A DNA stretch of 64,000 nucleotides from an uncultured Candidatus Saccharibacteria bacterium (GCA_964605735.1 CAZSDS010000001.1:262771-326770), one strand, 5' to 3'. Positions 35,205-45,538 are shown, counted from the stretch's first letter. Numbers and translations are program-made. The notes: a model not told the origin generated them from the sequence alone.

Positions 35205-36620
35205 ATGGCAAAAAGAGACCAAACAGAAAGCAAAATTTCAGACAACCTGGTAAATAAACTACCTCCGCAAAGCCTGGAAGCAGAACAATCTGTTCTGGGC
35301 TCGTTGATTTTGGACAAGGACGCCATAATCAAGATTGCCGACATCATTTCAGCTGAAGATTTTTACGAAGAAAAACACCGGCTGATTTATCTGGCAATCA
35401 TTGCCCTTTATGACGAACGCAGTTCGATCGACATCCTGACTGTTTCCAACAAGCTGGAAGAGGGCGCTAGCCTGGAAAAAATCGGCGGAACCAGCTATCT
35501 GACCACTCTGGTCAATACTGTGCCTTCTGCAGCCCACGTGGTCCACTACGCGCAAATTGTAAAAAGAAAAGGGACCTTGCGCCGGCTTATCACGAGTGCA
35601 ACTGACATTGTCAGTATGGGATATCAGGAAGATGTGGATTTGGACATGCTTTTGGACAAAGCTGAACAAAAACTGTTTTCAGTTTCCCAAAAATCTCTGA
35701 AACAGAATTTTGTCCCCATTACCGAAATCCTGCATGAAACTTTTGACCGTTTGGATGAACTGCACCGCGAAAAAGGAAAACTCCGAGGCGTGCCCACCGG
35801 GTTTACGGATCTGGACAACAAACTCGGCGGTTTGCAAAATTCTGACTTGATTATTTTGGCTGCCCGCCCTTCCATGGGTAAAACTTCTCTGGCTTTGGAT
35901 ATCATCAGGCATGTGGCTTTGGAAGAGAAAAAATCCACAGCTATCTTTTCTTTGGAAATGAGCAAGGACCAGCTGGTTGATCGTCTGCTTGCCGCGGAAG
36001 CTGATGTTGACCTTTGGAAAATGCGCACCGGCCGGTTAAGTGATGTTGGCGTAAACAATGATTTTGAACGAATCGGCCACGCTTTAGGCAGACTTTCTGA
36101 AGCGCCAATCTTCATTGATGACCAGGGTGCTTTAAACATCATGGAACTGCGAACCAAAGCCCGCCGTTTGCAGGCTGAAAACGAACTGGACTTGATTGTC
36201 GTGGATTATTTGCAGCTTATGCAGGGACGCTCCACTGATAACCGCGTCCAGGAGGTCTCTGAAATTTCCCGTTCCTTAAAACTTTTGGCTAAGGAATTAA
36301 ATGTTCCTGTGCTGGCGCTTTCCCAGCTTTCCCGTAACGTTGAACAACGGGGCGCAGACAAACGGCCTCAATTATCCGACTTGCGCGAATCCGGATCCAT
36401 TGAGCAGGATGCTGACGTGGTCTTGTTCATTTTCCGAGATGAAATGTACACTGGCTCTGAATCCAAAAAGCCCCACATCGCTGAAATTTTGGTCCGTAAG
36501 CACCGCAATGGGCCTACTGGCGAGGTTGAACTCTACTTCGATGGAGAAAAGACATCCTTCAAGAACTTGGCCAAAAACCAATCTTCTGAAGATGTAATGA
36601 TGGAACAAATAATGCAATAA
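35205..36620 (+). CDS. dnaB: Replicative DNA helicase DnaB
   Basis: The N-terminal domain carries PPQSLEAEQSVLGSLIL. Walker A ARPSMGKTSLAL, Walker B IVVDYLQLM, and the arginine finger region are present. No intein. Confidence 0.95.
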   Translation: MAKRDQTESKISDNLVNKLPPQSLEAEQSVLGSLILDKDAIIKIADIISAEDFYEEKHRLIYLAIIALYDERSSIDILTVSNKLEEGASLEKIGGTSYLTTLVNTVPSAAHVVHYAQIVKRKGTLRRLITSATDIVSMGYQEDVDLDMLLDKAEQKLFSVSQKSLKQNFVPITEILHETFDRLDELHREKGKLRGVPTGFTDLDNKLGGLQNSDLIILAARPSMGKTSLALDIIRHVALEEKKSTAIFSLEMSKDQLVDRLLAAEADVDLWKMRTGRLSDVGVNNDFERIGHALGRLSEAPIFIDDQGALNIMELRTKARRLQAENELDLIVVDYLQLMQGRSTDNRVQEVSEISRSLKLLAKELNVPVLALSQLSRNVEQRGADKRPQLSDLRESGSIEQDADVVLFIFRDEMYTGSESKKPHIAEILVRKHRNGPTGEVELYFDGEKTSFKNLAKNQSSEDVMMEQIMQ

Positions 36621-36627
36621 ATAAAAA

Positions 36628-36658
36628 GCCGCGAGAACAGTCTCGTGGCTTGTTTGCT
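36628..36658. terminator. Bidirectional intrinsic terminator
   Basis: GCCGCGAGaacagtCTCGTGGC hairpin with a T-rich tail, between convergent dnaB and the 36658 gene. Confidence 0.65.
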
Positions 36659-37032
36659 TAAGGGAAAACTCGGTAATTCACCGGAGTATTCTCCCAGGCT
36701 TTACTCAAGTCGGATGGAACGCGCCCGCCGGCCAGACGAAACAGCTCAATGCTCAACGCGTCCAAAACTTCGGCTCGCTCCTGTTCGTTCACAGTAAACA
36801 GCGAGATTTCTGAAGCAAGCTCTTGGAACAGGTTGCCCACCTCAGGCCAACTCTCGTCCAGTTTCCTGTCAGACGGCAACGCAAACATGTTCGCCCGGTA
36901 CTCAGCTATGAGTGACTGGAGCATGAACATGGAATAATTGCCGCCAGGACCGCTGAACAGGTCCAAAGCAACGCCTATCCATTTTTCAAACAGAGCTTTC
37001 ATCTGGCCCCGCCGGTCTTCTTGTTGACTCAT
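36658..37032 (-). CDS. Hypothetical protein
   Basis: A 124-aa ORF; no family recognised. Confidence 0.45.
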   Translation of the reverse strand: MSQQEDRRGQMKALFEKWIGVALDLFSGPGGNYSMFMLQSLIAEYRANMFALPSDRKLDESWPEVGNLFQELASEISLFTVNEQERAEVLDALSIELFRLAGGRVPSDLSKAWENTPVNYRVFP

Positions 37033-37109
37033 TATTCCTCCAATTCTCGGCCTCAGGACACCATATTACCATTTACTTGTGCCTGTTTTCAAGCTACAAT
37101 AACTGAGTT

Positions 37110-37568
37110 ATGTTTGGATTTACCAGAAAACTGACAATCATATTCATTGTTTTTGTCGCGGGAATTATAGCCGGCGGTTATTTGGTCTCGCACATCCAGC
37201 CCCGCAATTTCATCAGCATCAGCAACTGCGATGAAAGCTGTTTTAAATCCAATGAATTGCTTGGACTGCTGGGCTCCGTAGGCATAAAGCTTGACCGGAT
37301 TCCTGATGTGGTTTATGAAACAGATAAAAGCATTGTGGTTAGGCACCCAACGCCATCAGCGCCGGTCCACTACGTCATAATCCCGAAAAAAGACATTAAG
37401 AGCATTCAGGACATCAGCGAAGGCGACCAGGAATACATAATGGATTCCTTTGCCGTGGTCAGGGAGCTGGTCAATCGCGACAACTTAAAAAATTACCGGG
37501 TCTACACCAACGGGCCTGGATACCAGGAAGTCGCATACTTACACTTCCACCTTACCGGGAGAAAATAA
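37110..37568 (+). CDS. HIT-family (histidine triad-like) protein with N-terminal TM helix
   Basis: The C-terminal AYLHFHLTG is a degenerate HxHxH motif, and the fold pattern is HIT-like (VHYVIIPKKDI). Confidence 0.65.
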   Translation: MFGFTRKLTIIFIVFVAGIIAGGYLVSHIQPRNFISISNCDESCFKSNELLGLLGSVGIKLDRIPDVVYETDKSIVVRHPTPSAPVHYVIIPKKDIKSIQDISEGDQEYIMDSFAVVRELVNRDNLKNYRVYTNGPGYQEVAYLHFHLTGRK

Positions 37569-38176
37569 TGTCAATCCTGCCGAAGTCTCTGCAAAAACTC
37601 ATCAACGAATTTTCAAAATTGCCTGGAATTGGCCAAAAGTCAGCTTCAAGGCTCGCTTTTTATTTGCTGAAACAAACACAGGCAGACCTGCAAAATTTTG
37701 CGGACAGCGTGGCAAAACTGCAGGAAGATATCATCTACTGCAGTACTTGCTTTAACATGACTGAAACTGACCCATGCAAAATTTGCTCTGACCCACGGCG
37801 GGACAAAAATATTATTTGCGTGGTGGAGGATGCCCTGGATCTCGTGGCAATGGCCCAGATTTCGGATTACAACGGTGTTTACCACGTGCTTGGTGGCGCA
37901 ATTTCTCCGTTGGAAGGCATCGGCCCTGAAGACCTGAAAATCAAAGAATTGTTTGCCCGCGTATCAAACGACGAACCTGCAGAAATCATCCTGGCCACCA
38001 ACCCATCTATGGAAGGTGAAGCAACTTCCATGTACATTGCAAAACAACTCAAACAGCCGGAATATTCCCACGTAAAGGTTACCCGTCTTGGCCGCGGCCT
38101 GCCAATGGGTGCGGATTTGGAATATGCGGACGAGTACACCTTATCCAAATCACTGGAAAGCAGAAAGGAAATATAA
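37568..38176 (+). CDS. recR: Recombination protein RecR
   Basis: HhH (LPGIGQKSASRLAF), a C4 zinc finger (CSTCFNMTETDPCKIC), and a Toprim domain. Confidence 0.95.
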   Translation: MSILPKSLQKLINEFSKLPGIGQKSASRLAFYLLKQTQADLQNFADSVAKLQEDIIYCSTCFNMTETDPCKICSDPRRDKNIICVVEDALDLVAMAQISDYNGVYHVLGGAISPLEGIGPEDLKIKELFARVSNDEPAEIILATNPSMEGEATSMYIAKQLKQPEYSHVKVTRLGRGLPMGADLEYADEYTLSKSLESRKEI

Positions 38177-38180
38177 AAAA

Positions 38181-38206
38181 TCTCGGAATTGTCCGAGATT
38201 TTTTTA
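38181..38206. terminator. Bidirectional intrinsic terminator
   Basis: AAAAAATCTCGGAattgTCCGAGATTTTTTT between convergent recR and rplU. Confidence 0.75.
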
Positions 38207-38515
38207 TGCGATTGATTCGATTTGAACTACTGTCTGGAGCTGTCTGTGGCCTTGCTTGCGGCGGTAGCGGGACTTTGCCCGGTACTTGAATACCACAATC
38301 TTGTCACCCTTTTTCTGTTCCAGAACTTTTCCAGTGACTTTGGCGCCGCTGATATAAGGCTTGCCAACATTCACTTTTTCACCGTCTGCTGAAAGCAAAA
38401 CCTTGTCAAAAGTCACTGTGTCGCCAGCCTGCGCATCCAACTTCTCGATTTCCACCTTGTCTTGAGGTGAAACCAAATATTGCTTGCCGCCAGTTTCGAT
38501 TACTGCTTGTTTCAT
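38204..38515 (-). CDS. rplU: 50S ribosomal protein L21
   Basis: MKQAVIETGGKQYLV...VFKYRAKSRYRRKQGHRQ. Confidence 0.9.
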   Translation of the reverse strand: MKQAVIETGGKQYLVSPQDKVEIEKLDAQAGDTVTFDKVLLSADGEKVNVGKPYISGAKVTGKVLEQKKGDKIVVFKYRAKSRYRRKQGHRQLQTVVQIESIA

Positions 38516-38558
38516 TGAAATTATCTAAATTACTGAGAATAATGTATAGGACCTACAT

Positions 38559-38587
38559 ACTCTAACAAAAATGGGTGAAATTGTCAA
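38559..38587 (-). promoter_or_regulatory. Sigma70-like promoter (TTGACA-17-TAGAGT) for rplU
   Basis: The minus strand reads TTGACAatttcacccatttttgtTAGAGT. Confidence 0.35.
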
Positions 38588-38626
38588 TTCCTGACCTGAC
38601 GCAAAAACCCCTTAAATCAGCGGTTT

Positions 38627-39112
38627 TTAGCGCAGAATTCGGGTAATTTCCACTTTATCTCCGGGTTTCAGGCCATTGCGCTCCGCCCAACCCGCCTTAA
38701 GCTCCAGCACGCGGTCAGCAGGAACCTTGGGAACATAGGTTTTAAGCAAGTCGACAGGAACGCCGGGCTCATGCGGTACGTTGGCTGAAATATCAACCAC
38801 CTCATCACCCTTAATCCAAACAATGTCTATGGAGAAATCCATGTCTTTCATCCAAAACACGGGAAAGTCCGGAATTGGAAACATAAACAGCATCCCCTGG
38901 TTTTCTTCAATCCCCAACTGCCCGCCAAGTCCCCTGCCTTGTTCATCCAAACCCTCCGCCAGATCAAAACTGATTTCACGGCCGACAAGAGTGACTACCC
39001 CATCACTGTACGGTTGGGGCACTTGTGCCTGAGGCTTGGGTTCTTTAGTGACAAAGACCAGGGCGAATGCAAGCACTGCCAAGCCGAAAATAGCTAACGC
39101 GTATTTTTTCAT
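38627..39112 (-). CDS. DUF192-domain secreted protein
   Basis: Signal peptide; GMLFMFP...FWMKDMDFSIDIVWI is the DUF192 signature. Confidence 0.75.
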   Translation of the reverse strand: MKKYALAIFGLAVLAFALVFVTKEPKPQAQVPQPYSDGVVTLVGREISFDLAEGLDEQGRGLGGQLGIEENQGMLFMFPIPDFPVFWMKDMDFSIDIVWIKGDEVVDISANVPHEPGVPVDLLKTYVPKVPADRVLELKAGWAERNGLKPGDKVEITRILR

Positions 39113-39133
39113 TTTTATTTTTAGAAAACTTGA

Positions 39134-40252
39134 TTATTCAATATTGCTGTCTGATTCATTGTCAGAAGCGATTCTTCTGCGGTAGCCAGGAACTGAATTT
39201 GCCTGTCTTGATTTGTATACCATGAAGATGCTGACGATAATCAAAATCATCACTGCGACAAGAATCCCCAAAGCAATCAGCTTGCCCCGCGACTGCAAAA
39301 ACAAAGCTGAGACTCCAAAAATTCCGGTTAGCGCATAAAGAAACAGCACGGCTTGCGGTTCAGAAAACCCAATGTCCATCAATTTATAATGCAAATGCCT
39401 GCGGTCACCCTGGAACGGCGACTGGCGGTTGAAAAGTCTTTGGAGAATCACCCAGACAGTATCAAGCACCGGGATACCCATGACTAAAATCGCGGTCGCA
39501 ACTTTTCCGCCGGAGACTATAGCCAAAATCGCCAGCATGTACCCGGCAAAAGTTGACCCGCCCTCGCCCAGAAAAATTTTCGCAGGATAGAAATTGAGGA
39601 TCAGGAACCCAAGCAAGCTTCCGACAAAAATAATCGCCAGAAGCGCGGTTTGCGGCTGCTGCACAGCCGGAGTCAGAGACAACCCGAACAGAACCATGCC
39701 CGCAATCGCAGCCACCCCAGTCACAAGTCCGTCCATGCCGTCCATGATTTTAGTGGTATATGTCATGCCCAAGGTCCACAAAAATACGACAATCCCCGAA
39801 ACCAGCGGCAAACCAAAAGTGATGATTTGATCAATGAAAATCGTCTCGCCGCTGAAAGGGTTTCTTAAACTCACTGCCTGGATACCGGAAGTCACCACAG
39901 TCAAACAGGCAAGAATAGGAAACAGAACCGAGTAACTCGCAGGCAACCGGTATTTGTCATCCAAATATCCGCCGATCATCAAAATAACGCCACCAATCCA
40001 AATACCAATCAACTCGCGCAAAGGAATGTTCCCGTACAGGTGCCCAGTAAACAACATTGTTATGCTGACGAGCAAAAAACTCCCGAATACAGCCAGCCCG
40101 CCTAAAGTCGGCGTGGCTTGTTTATGGAACCTGCGCTCTGAGTCTGGAACATCCACAATCTGGCGGCGCACAGCAATGCGGGAAACCAAAAAGGTCAGAA
40201 TGAACGAAATAAAAAATGCCAGGGCAAAAGCCGCAAAATACGAAAACTTCAT
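39134..40252 (-). CDS. Polyprenyl-phosphate N-acetylhexosamine-1-phosphate transferase (WecA/TagO-like, MraY superfamily)
   Basis: YLDDKYRL, MDGMDGLVTG, and 10-11 TM helices. Confidence 0.85.
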   Translation of the reverse strand: MKFSYFAAFALAFFISFILTFLVSRIAVRRQIVDVPDSERRFHKQATPTLGGLAVFGSFLLVSITMLFTGHLYGNIPLRELIGIWIGGVILMIGGYLDDKYRLPASYSVLFPILACLTVVTSGIQAVSLRNPFSGETIFIDQIITFGLPLVSGIVVFLWTLGMTYTTKIMDGMDGLVTGVAAIAGMVLFGLSLTPAVQQPQTALLAIIFVGSLLGFLILNFYPAKIFLGEGGSTFAGYMLAILAIVSGGKVATAILVMGIPVLDTVWVILQRLFNRQSPFQGDRRHLHYKLMDIGFSEPQAVLFLYALTGIFGVSALFLQSRGKLIALGILVAVMILIIVSIFMVYKSRQANSVPGYRRRIASDNESDSNIE

Positions 40253-41925
40253 TTTACTTTAACTCCTTCTTTTTCAGCCTTTCCGGCTTCAGGTTGAGTG
40301 TGGTTAATTGCTTCGAATTTCCTGATTTTAGGGGTGACCCAAAACTCCATATATTTTCCGAACATCAACCTGGTTTGGGCGTCTATCGCCGGAGCCGAAC
40401 CGAACACCGAGGACACTATCGGCGAAAACACCCATTGCAGAACCATGGTTATGGTCTTCCAGCGCGGATAACGAGCCGGTCGCTTTGGCAACAAGACCAT
40501 GTTTATGTACATGGAAAAAATCAGGAAGAAAGTCGCCACGCTCATCAAAATCCGGGTCATGGTTGGCAGGTTCACCGCAAGCACGCTTTCACCAAATCTG
40601 TCGCCGCCAAAAATCAGCGGCAGCCACCCAAGGATGGCGATCATGATGGAGGCAGTGGCCCAGAAATAATGCCCTTCTATCAGCCTTTCCATGTAAATGA
40701 ATTTTTTCCAGCGAGGGATCAATTTGTCTTTAAGTACTTCAGGCAACACCATTGAAATTTCCGTGACGCCCCAAGCCCAGCGGCGCTTTTGTTTATACTG
40801 GGCAATCAACGTGCCGATATAACTGTCCCCAAGCACGGCATCCATGGACACGGTGGTAAACAAAGGATGCGTGCGGTAATCGCCATGGTAATGCAGCCAG
40901 CACTGCCAGAAAATATGCGAATCTTCCGGGATGATGTCTGTCCGCCAGAAACCTATATCCACCAAAGTCTTGAAACTCATGGAGTGGGAGGAAAAAGTAA
41001 CCAGCCTGTCCGGGCGCGACGCCTCCACCAGCTGCCAAAAAGATGATGAAGTGGCAATGACACGCGCAATCGCGGGAGTATCCCAAATGTTGTTATGGAA
41101 CATAGGCATTGGCTGATAACTGGCCTGGTGCGGCTTTTTTATTGTCAGGAAATCGTAGGACAGGTGGCTGAAATAGTTTGGATGAACCATTGTGTCAGAA
41201 TCAAACGCCGAGACGATTATGTCTTCGTATGGTATTCCCATTTCATCAATATTTTTCAAAACAGCTTTTCCTGCATACGCAATGTTCGCGCCCTTGCCTT
41301 TGGCTTCCCCTGGTATTCCGTCTGGATGGACAATTGTCAGGTACAAATTAAACTTGCCCCTAAATTCCTGTTCCAATCTTTCGGCATTTTGTTTAAATTC
41401 CTCCCCGGCCCGTTCTTCCAGAGCCAGCACAAAAATAATCCGGTCTTTCTCGTAGTCGGAATCAACATAAGACTGGATTGAAGATCTGAGCACCTCGTAG
41501 CTTTCCTGATATGCCGGAAGAATGATCAAATGGTACAGCCGGCGGTAATTGAGATTTCGGTCAGCTGGAATATTTTCATACCGTTCAAGCTGTGATGAGT
41601 AAAGCAATTTAAACTTTTTGTCATGGTTGTATGCAATCACCCCATCAGTCAGCATTTTTTCAAAAGCCGGACGGTCAGCCAGTTGGGTCAGCCATTTGTG
41701 CCAGTCAATATTCTGGTGGGCGCGCAAAGAACGGTAAGAATGAACCAAATGCATGGCTACATTCGCGCCTTTCAAGAACCAGTACATGTCAAAAAGGATA
41801 ATGTAAACTGAAATCCAAGCCGGATGATAGTATGACAAAATCGGCGCACCAATTAAGGTGGTCCAAGTCAAGGTTCCGGGAAGGATTTCCAGGAATCTGG
41901 TAAATTTGTCGCGGGGTTTAGCCAT
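40249..41925 (-). CDS. Processive family-2 glycosyltransferase (cellulose/chitin-synthase-like) with C-terminal multi-TM domain
   Basis: DSD (SAFDSDT) and the QxxRW motif (QYKQKRRWAWG). It overlaps the WecA-like gene by 4 nt. Confidence 0.65.
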   Translation of the reverse strand: MAKPRDKFTRFLEILPGTLTWTTLIGAPILSYYHPAWISVYIILFDMYWFLKGANVAMHLVHSYRSLRAHQNIDWHKWLTQLADRPAFEKMLTDGVIAYNHDKKFKLLYSSQLERYENIPADRNLNYRRLYHLIILPAYQESYEVLRSSIQSYVDSDYEKDRIIFVLALEERAGEEFKQNAERLEQEFRGKFNLYLTIVHPDGIPGEAKGKGANIAYAGKAVLKNIDEMGIPYEDIIVSAFDSDTMVHPNYFSHLSYDFLTIKKPHQASYQPMPMFHNNIWDTPAIARVIATSSSFWQLVEASRPDRLVTFSSHSMSFKTLVDIGFWRTDIIPEDSHIFWQCWLHYHGDYRTHPLFTTVSMDAVLGDSYIGTLIAQYKQKRRWAWGVTEISMVLPEVLKDKLIPRWKKFIYMERLIEGHYFWATASIMIAILGWLPLIFGGDRFGESVLAVNLPTMTRILMSVATFFLIFSMYINMVLLPKRPARYPRWKTITMVLQWVFSPIVSSVFGSAPAIDAQTRLMFGKYMEFWVTPKIRKFEAINHTQPEAGKAEKEGVKVK

Positions 41926-41926
41926 A

Positions 41927-42358
41927 TCAGTCGTTCGCGAAAATCAAAACAATAGCGGCGATGAAAAAAATCATCTGAACGGGAATGTTGGCAATATTCA
42001 GGAAATAACTGGCCAACTTTTCCCGGCGGAAAATATAGTAAGACGCCAGGAAGTTTATGACCAAAAAAACAAGCGCAATGCTTGGAATGAGGTAAGCGTA
42101 AATATCTTTGTCCACCAGATCTGTCCCATAAACAACATTATAGTGAAGCAAAATGTTTTGGCCTGACGGTCTGATCTTGATGAAGATCAAAGCCCACTGT
42201 ATAATGTTTATAAGCAACGCAATGCTCAGACTAAAAAAGTTAAGCCTGTCAGAGACAAAATTTCGCCAGCTGTTTTTGGAGGTCAAAGCCTCATTCAGTT
42301 TGGATAAAAACATCACATTAATTATACTGAATTTTGCCAATTTTGGCAAAATTTTCAA
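41927..42358 (-). CDS. Hypothetical membrane protein
   Basis: A 143-aa protein with 3-4 TM helices. Confidence 0.45.
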   Translation of the reverse strand: MKILPKLAKFSIINVMFLSKLNEALTSKNSWRNFVSDRLNFFSLSIALLINIIQWALIFIKIRPSGQNILLHYNVVYGTDLVDKDIYAYLIPSIALVFLVINFLASYYIFRREKLASYFLNIANIPVQMIFFIAAIVLIFAND

Positions 42359-42382
42359 GCTATCAACGGACTCTCAAAAAAG

Positions 42383-43957
42383 ATGAAAAAATTCCTGACC
42401 GAACACTGGGCGATTCTCGCGATAATGGTTATTGCTGCGTTTTTCCGGTTCTGGATGATCGGTGATTACCCGGGCGGTTTATTCCCGGATGAAGCTGCCA
42501 ATGGTCTTGATATTAACTCCATTTTTAATGGAGACATACAACCGTTTTATGAGCGCGGCAATGGCCGGGAAGCGCTTTTCTTTTATGTTATTGCATTGGT
42601 AGTGGCAATCTTTGGGCGCGGAGTTTGGCAGCACCATGTGGTCTCCGCAGGGTTTGGGCTTGCTGAAGTATTTACCACCTATCTTTTAGCCAAAAGGCTT
42701 TTCGGCAAGCGGATTGCTTTGTTGTCCAGCTTTCTGATGGCGGTTTCCTCCTACGCTGTGACCATGAGCCGGACTGCATTCCGCGCAAACACAATCCCAC
42801 TGTTCACCACGCTGACTCTCTACTTCCTGGTAAAGTTCTTCCAGGTCCAGGATAGGCGCCAAAAACTCTGGTCTGCGTTCTGGGCAGGAGTGTCATTTGG
42901 GCTTGGCTTCTACACCTACATATCCTACCGCATGATGATTCCACTGCTTTTGATGTTCGGGTTCCTTATGCTGTTTGCGTACCGGGACCGGCTAAGGCAG
43001 GTTATCCGGGAATACGTTAAGCCAAAGCTGTCATTTATTGCCGGGTTTGTAATATCCTTCGGGTGGCTGGGTTATTACTTTATCACCCACCCTGGAAGTT
43101 TTGTCGGCCGCGCAGGACAAGTCTCAATTTTCTCTCCAGACTTGAACAACGGCGATTTAATCGGCACGTTTTTGGAAGTCTTGCGCCTGACCATGTGGAG
43201 CTTCTTTACCGAGGGCGACCTTAACTGGAGGCATAACGTATCTGGATATCCGTTCCTGTCACAATTCGTCTCCCCATTTTTTGCGCTTGCCTTGATCATT
43301 TTTACCTGGGCAATATTTAAACTGCTCTGGCAGGTTTGGAAAAAGAATGTCGAATTCAAAACAGTTGCGCTTGCTCTGATTGGCACGTTGTTTTGGTTCA
43401 TGCTCGCGCCTGAGGTTACAACAGCCGAAGGAATCCCGCATGGTCTCAGGCTGATTGGAATAATCCCTGCCATTTTCATCATGAGCGCATATGGCATAAG
43501 CCTTGTTTGGGACAAGGTCTCACAATATATGCGTTTAGGTTTCTCAAAGAAAGCAATCCCAATTTTCTTCCTGACCGGAATTTTCGTCTATAATTTTTAC
43601 CTGTATTTTGCGGTGGCTGTGGGCTCACCGGATTATTACTATGCCTTCCGCTCAGATCTCACCACAGTTTCGCAATACCTCAATGGGAGAAACAACAAAG
43701 ATAAAACCTTCCTTTCTTTGGACAAATTCTCAGTTCAGACCGTTGATTACTTAACCACGGAAACCGGTAATCCCTACACCCTGCTCGATCCAGCCAACAC
43801 TTACCAAGTTCAGCTGGAAAGTGGAGACCAAGTAGTCTTTACCATGAGCACTTTGCACGACATAGAAAAATTTGTCCAAGCCCACCCTGATGCAAAACTG
43901 GTCAATGAAACAAAAAATCAATTCAAATATGTAATCATGCGGGTTTACGAAAAATAA
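42383..43957 (+). CDS. GT39/GT83-type (PMT_2/ArnT-like) membrane glycosyltransferase
   Basis: The N-terminus carries RFWMIGDYPGGLFPDEAANG (DE motif in the first loop). About 11 TM helices and a C-terminal soluble domain. Confidence 0.8.
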   Translation: MKKFLTEHWAILAIMVIAAFFRFWMIGDYPGGLFPDEAANGLDINSIFNGDIQPFYERGNGREALFFYVIALVVAIFGRGVWQHHVVSAGFGLAEVFTTYLLAKRLFGKRIALLSSFLMAVSSYAVTMSRTAFRANTIPLFTTLTLYFLVKFFQVQDRRQKLWSAFWAGVSFGLGFYTYISYRMMIPLLLMFGFLMLFAYRDRLRQVIREYVKPKLSFIAGFVISFGWLGYYFITHPGSFVGRAGQVSIFSPDLNNGDLIGTFLEVLRLTMWSFFTEGDLNWRHNVSGYPFLSQFVSPFFALALIIFTWAIFKLLWQVWKKNVEFKTVALALIGTLFWFMLAPEVTTAEGIPHGLRLIGIIPAIFIMSAYGISLVWDKVSQYMRLGFSKKAIPIFFLTGIFVYNFYLYFAVAVGSPDYYYAFRSDLTTVSQYLNGRNNKDKTFLSLDKFSVQTVDYLTTETGNPYTLLDPANTYQVQLESGDQVVFTMSTLHDIEKFVQAHPDAKLVNETKNQFKYVIMRVYEK

Positions 43958-43963
43958 CGAACT

Positions 43964-45466
43964 ATGAACAAACTATTTCTCTTTCTCATTCTCATCTGGG
44001 CAACAATTGTCCGCCTTTATAACAACACCGCAATTGCGCTCTGGCACGACGAAGCCTTTTCTGCGCTTTATCTCAGGTACAGCTGGGGTGAAATGTGGGA
44101 CCGGATTATTTTGGACGTTCACCCGCCCCTTTACTACATTTTGCTGAGATTCTGGTCATATGCGTTCGGGGATTCGCTTATTTCCTTGCGAGGTTTCTCT
44201 ATTTTGCTTGGAACCCTGACTGTCTGGGCTGGCTATCTGTTCGTTAAAAAAGCTTTCAAAAGCGAGTACCTGGCTTTGTTGGCAGCGCTGTTCATAGCAA
44301 TCAATCCGTTCCAGATCCAATACGCACTTGAGGCAAGAATGTACACTTTAGGGACGCTATTGGTCATGCTGTCCAGTTGGCTGCTGCTTAAAGCTCTGGA
44401 AAACCGCAGCAAAAAAACCTGGCTTTTCTACGGACTGACAGTTGCCGCCTCCCTGTATACCCACTATTACCTGCTGTTTTCAGTGGCCGCGCAGGCAGTT
44501 TATGCGCTCTACGTTGTTTTTAAAAACAAACAATGGCGCGGAGCATTCAAAGACAATCAGCTTATAAATTTGTTATTGGCCGGAGCTTTCGCATTTGTTT
44601 TATACATCCCCTGGCTGCCTGGATTTTTAGAACAGCTCAACCGAGTGCAGGGCGGTTACTGGATTCCACCAATGGACCGCTGGTCCATACCCGGGACTGT
44701 CTGGAAAATTGCCATGGGCGGACAGGGAATCAACAAACCAACCCTGGTAATCGCCACACTGGCGGCAATCACTTTGGTGGTTTACTTCATCCGCAAATAT
44801 AAAGAACAGGAAAAATGGCTTGTTGTCTCAGGCTTGGTTATCCCGTTTGTCGCGGCCATAGGTCTATCCTTCATGAACGACATTTACCTGGACCGCTATT
44901 TTGTATTTGCCTCTCTCTCCTTTGCGGTACTGATTGCCTTAACGCTGGCCGCAACCCCCAAACTTTGGTTGCGCAGAAGTTTGATCGTGATTTTCCTGCT
45001 GATGAGCACTTATGCTTTCTGGCAGAACTGGAAAGTAATGGACGTCAAAGATGCCGGCAGCAGTACAGTGAAAAAGCCAGGCATGGCCGCTGGAAGCGAG
45101 TATCTGACCGAACGCGTCAGCCCTAACGACAAAATTTACGTTGGATCAAGCTTCGTCTTCTTCACTTTCAAGTACTATAACGAAACTGGCGTGGCGCCTA
45201 AGCTAATTTCAGGCTCCCCGCTCAGCGATATACCGCACTTTGCAGGTACTGCAATTCTGACGGAAGAGGATCTTGTCCAAAATGATTTCATTTTCACTCC
45301 AACAAATTTCAGGCAAAACGAAATTATATGGCTGGTCTGGACCACTGGCTGGGGCGGATCAAAACCAAACGTACCGGGCAACTGGAGGGCAATCGACGAA
45401 CGTTCCTGGGGTGATGCCCCTGGGTTCAAGGGCGAACTTTACGTAACTCAATATCGCGTACAATAA
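43964..45466 (+). CDS. GT39/GT83-type (PMT_2/ArnT-like) membrane glycosyltransferase, second copy
   Basis: ALWHDEAFSALY (DE motif), with multiple TM helices. Confidence 0.8.
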   Translation: MNKLFLFLILIWATIVRLYNNTAIALWHDEAFSALYLRYSWGEMWDRIILDVHPPLYYILLRFWSYAFGDSLISLRGFSILLGTLTVWAGYLFVKKAFKSEYLALLAALFIAINPFQIQYALEARMYTLGTLLVMLSSWLLLKALENRSKKTWLFYGLTVAASLYTHYYLLFSVAAQAVYALYVVFKNKQWRGAFKDNQLINLLLAGAFAFVLYIPWLPGFLEQLNRVQGGYWIPPMDRWSIPGTVWKIAMGGQGINKPTLVIATLAAITLVVYFIRKYKEQEKWLVVSGLVIPFVAAIGLSFMNDIYLDRYFVFASLSFAVLIALTLAATPKLWLRRSLIVIFLLMSTYAFWQNWKVMDVKDAGSSTVKKPGMAAGSEYLTERVSPNDKIYVGSSFVFFTFKYYNETGVAPKLISGSPLSDIPHFAGTAILTEEDLVQNDFIFTPTNFRQNEIIWLVWTTGWGGSKPNVPGNWRAIDERSWGDAPGFKGELYVTQYRVQ

Positions 45467-45480
45467 AAAATGAACGCGAA

Positions 45481-45510
45481 AAGCCGCTCAAAAAGAGCGG
45501 CTTTTTTACT
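45481..45510 (+). terminator. Intrinsic terminator
   Basis: An AAGCCGCTC/GAGCGGCTT stem followed by a T6 run. Confidence 0.8.
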
Positions 45511-45538
45511 TTACAAGATTTCCGGCTGTTGATAGAAT
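45510..45538 (+). promoter_or_regulatory. Sigma70-like promoter with extended -10 (TTTACA-17-TGaTAGAAT)
   Basis: TTTACAagatttccggctgTTGATAGAAT, followed by SD GGAGG 7 nt before ATG 45581. Confidence 0.45.
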
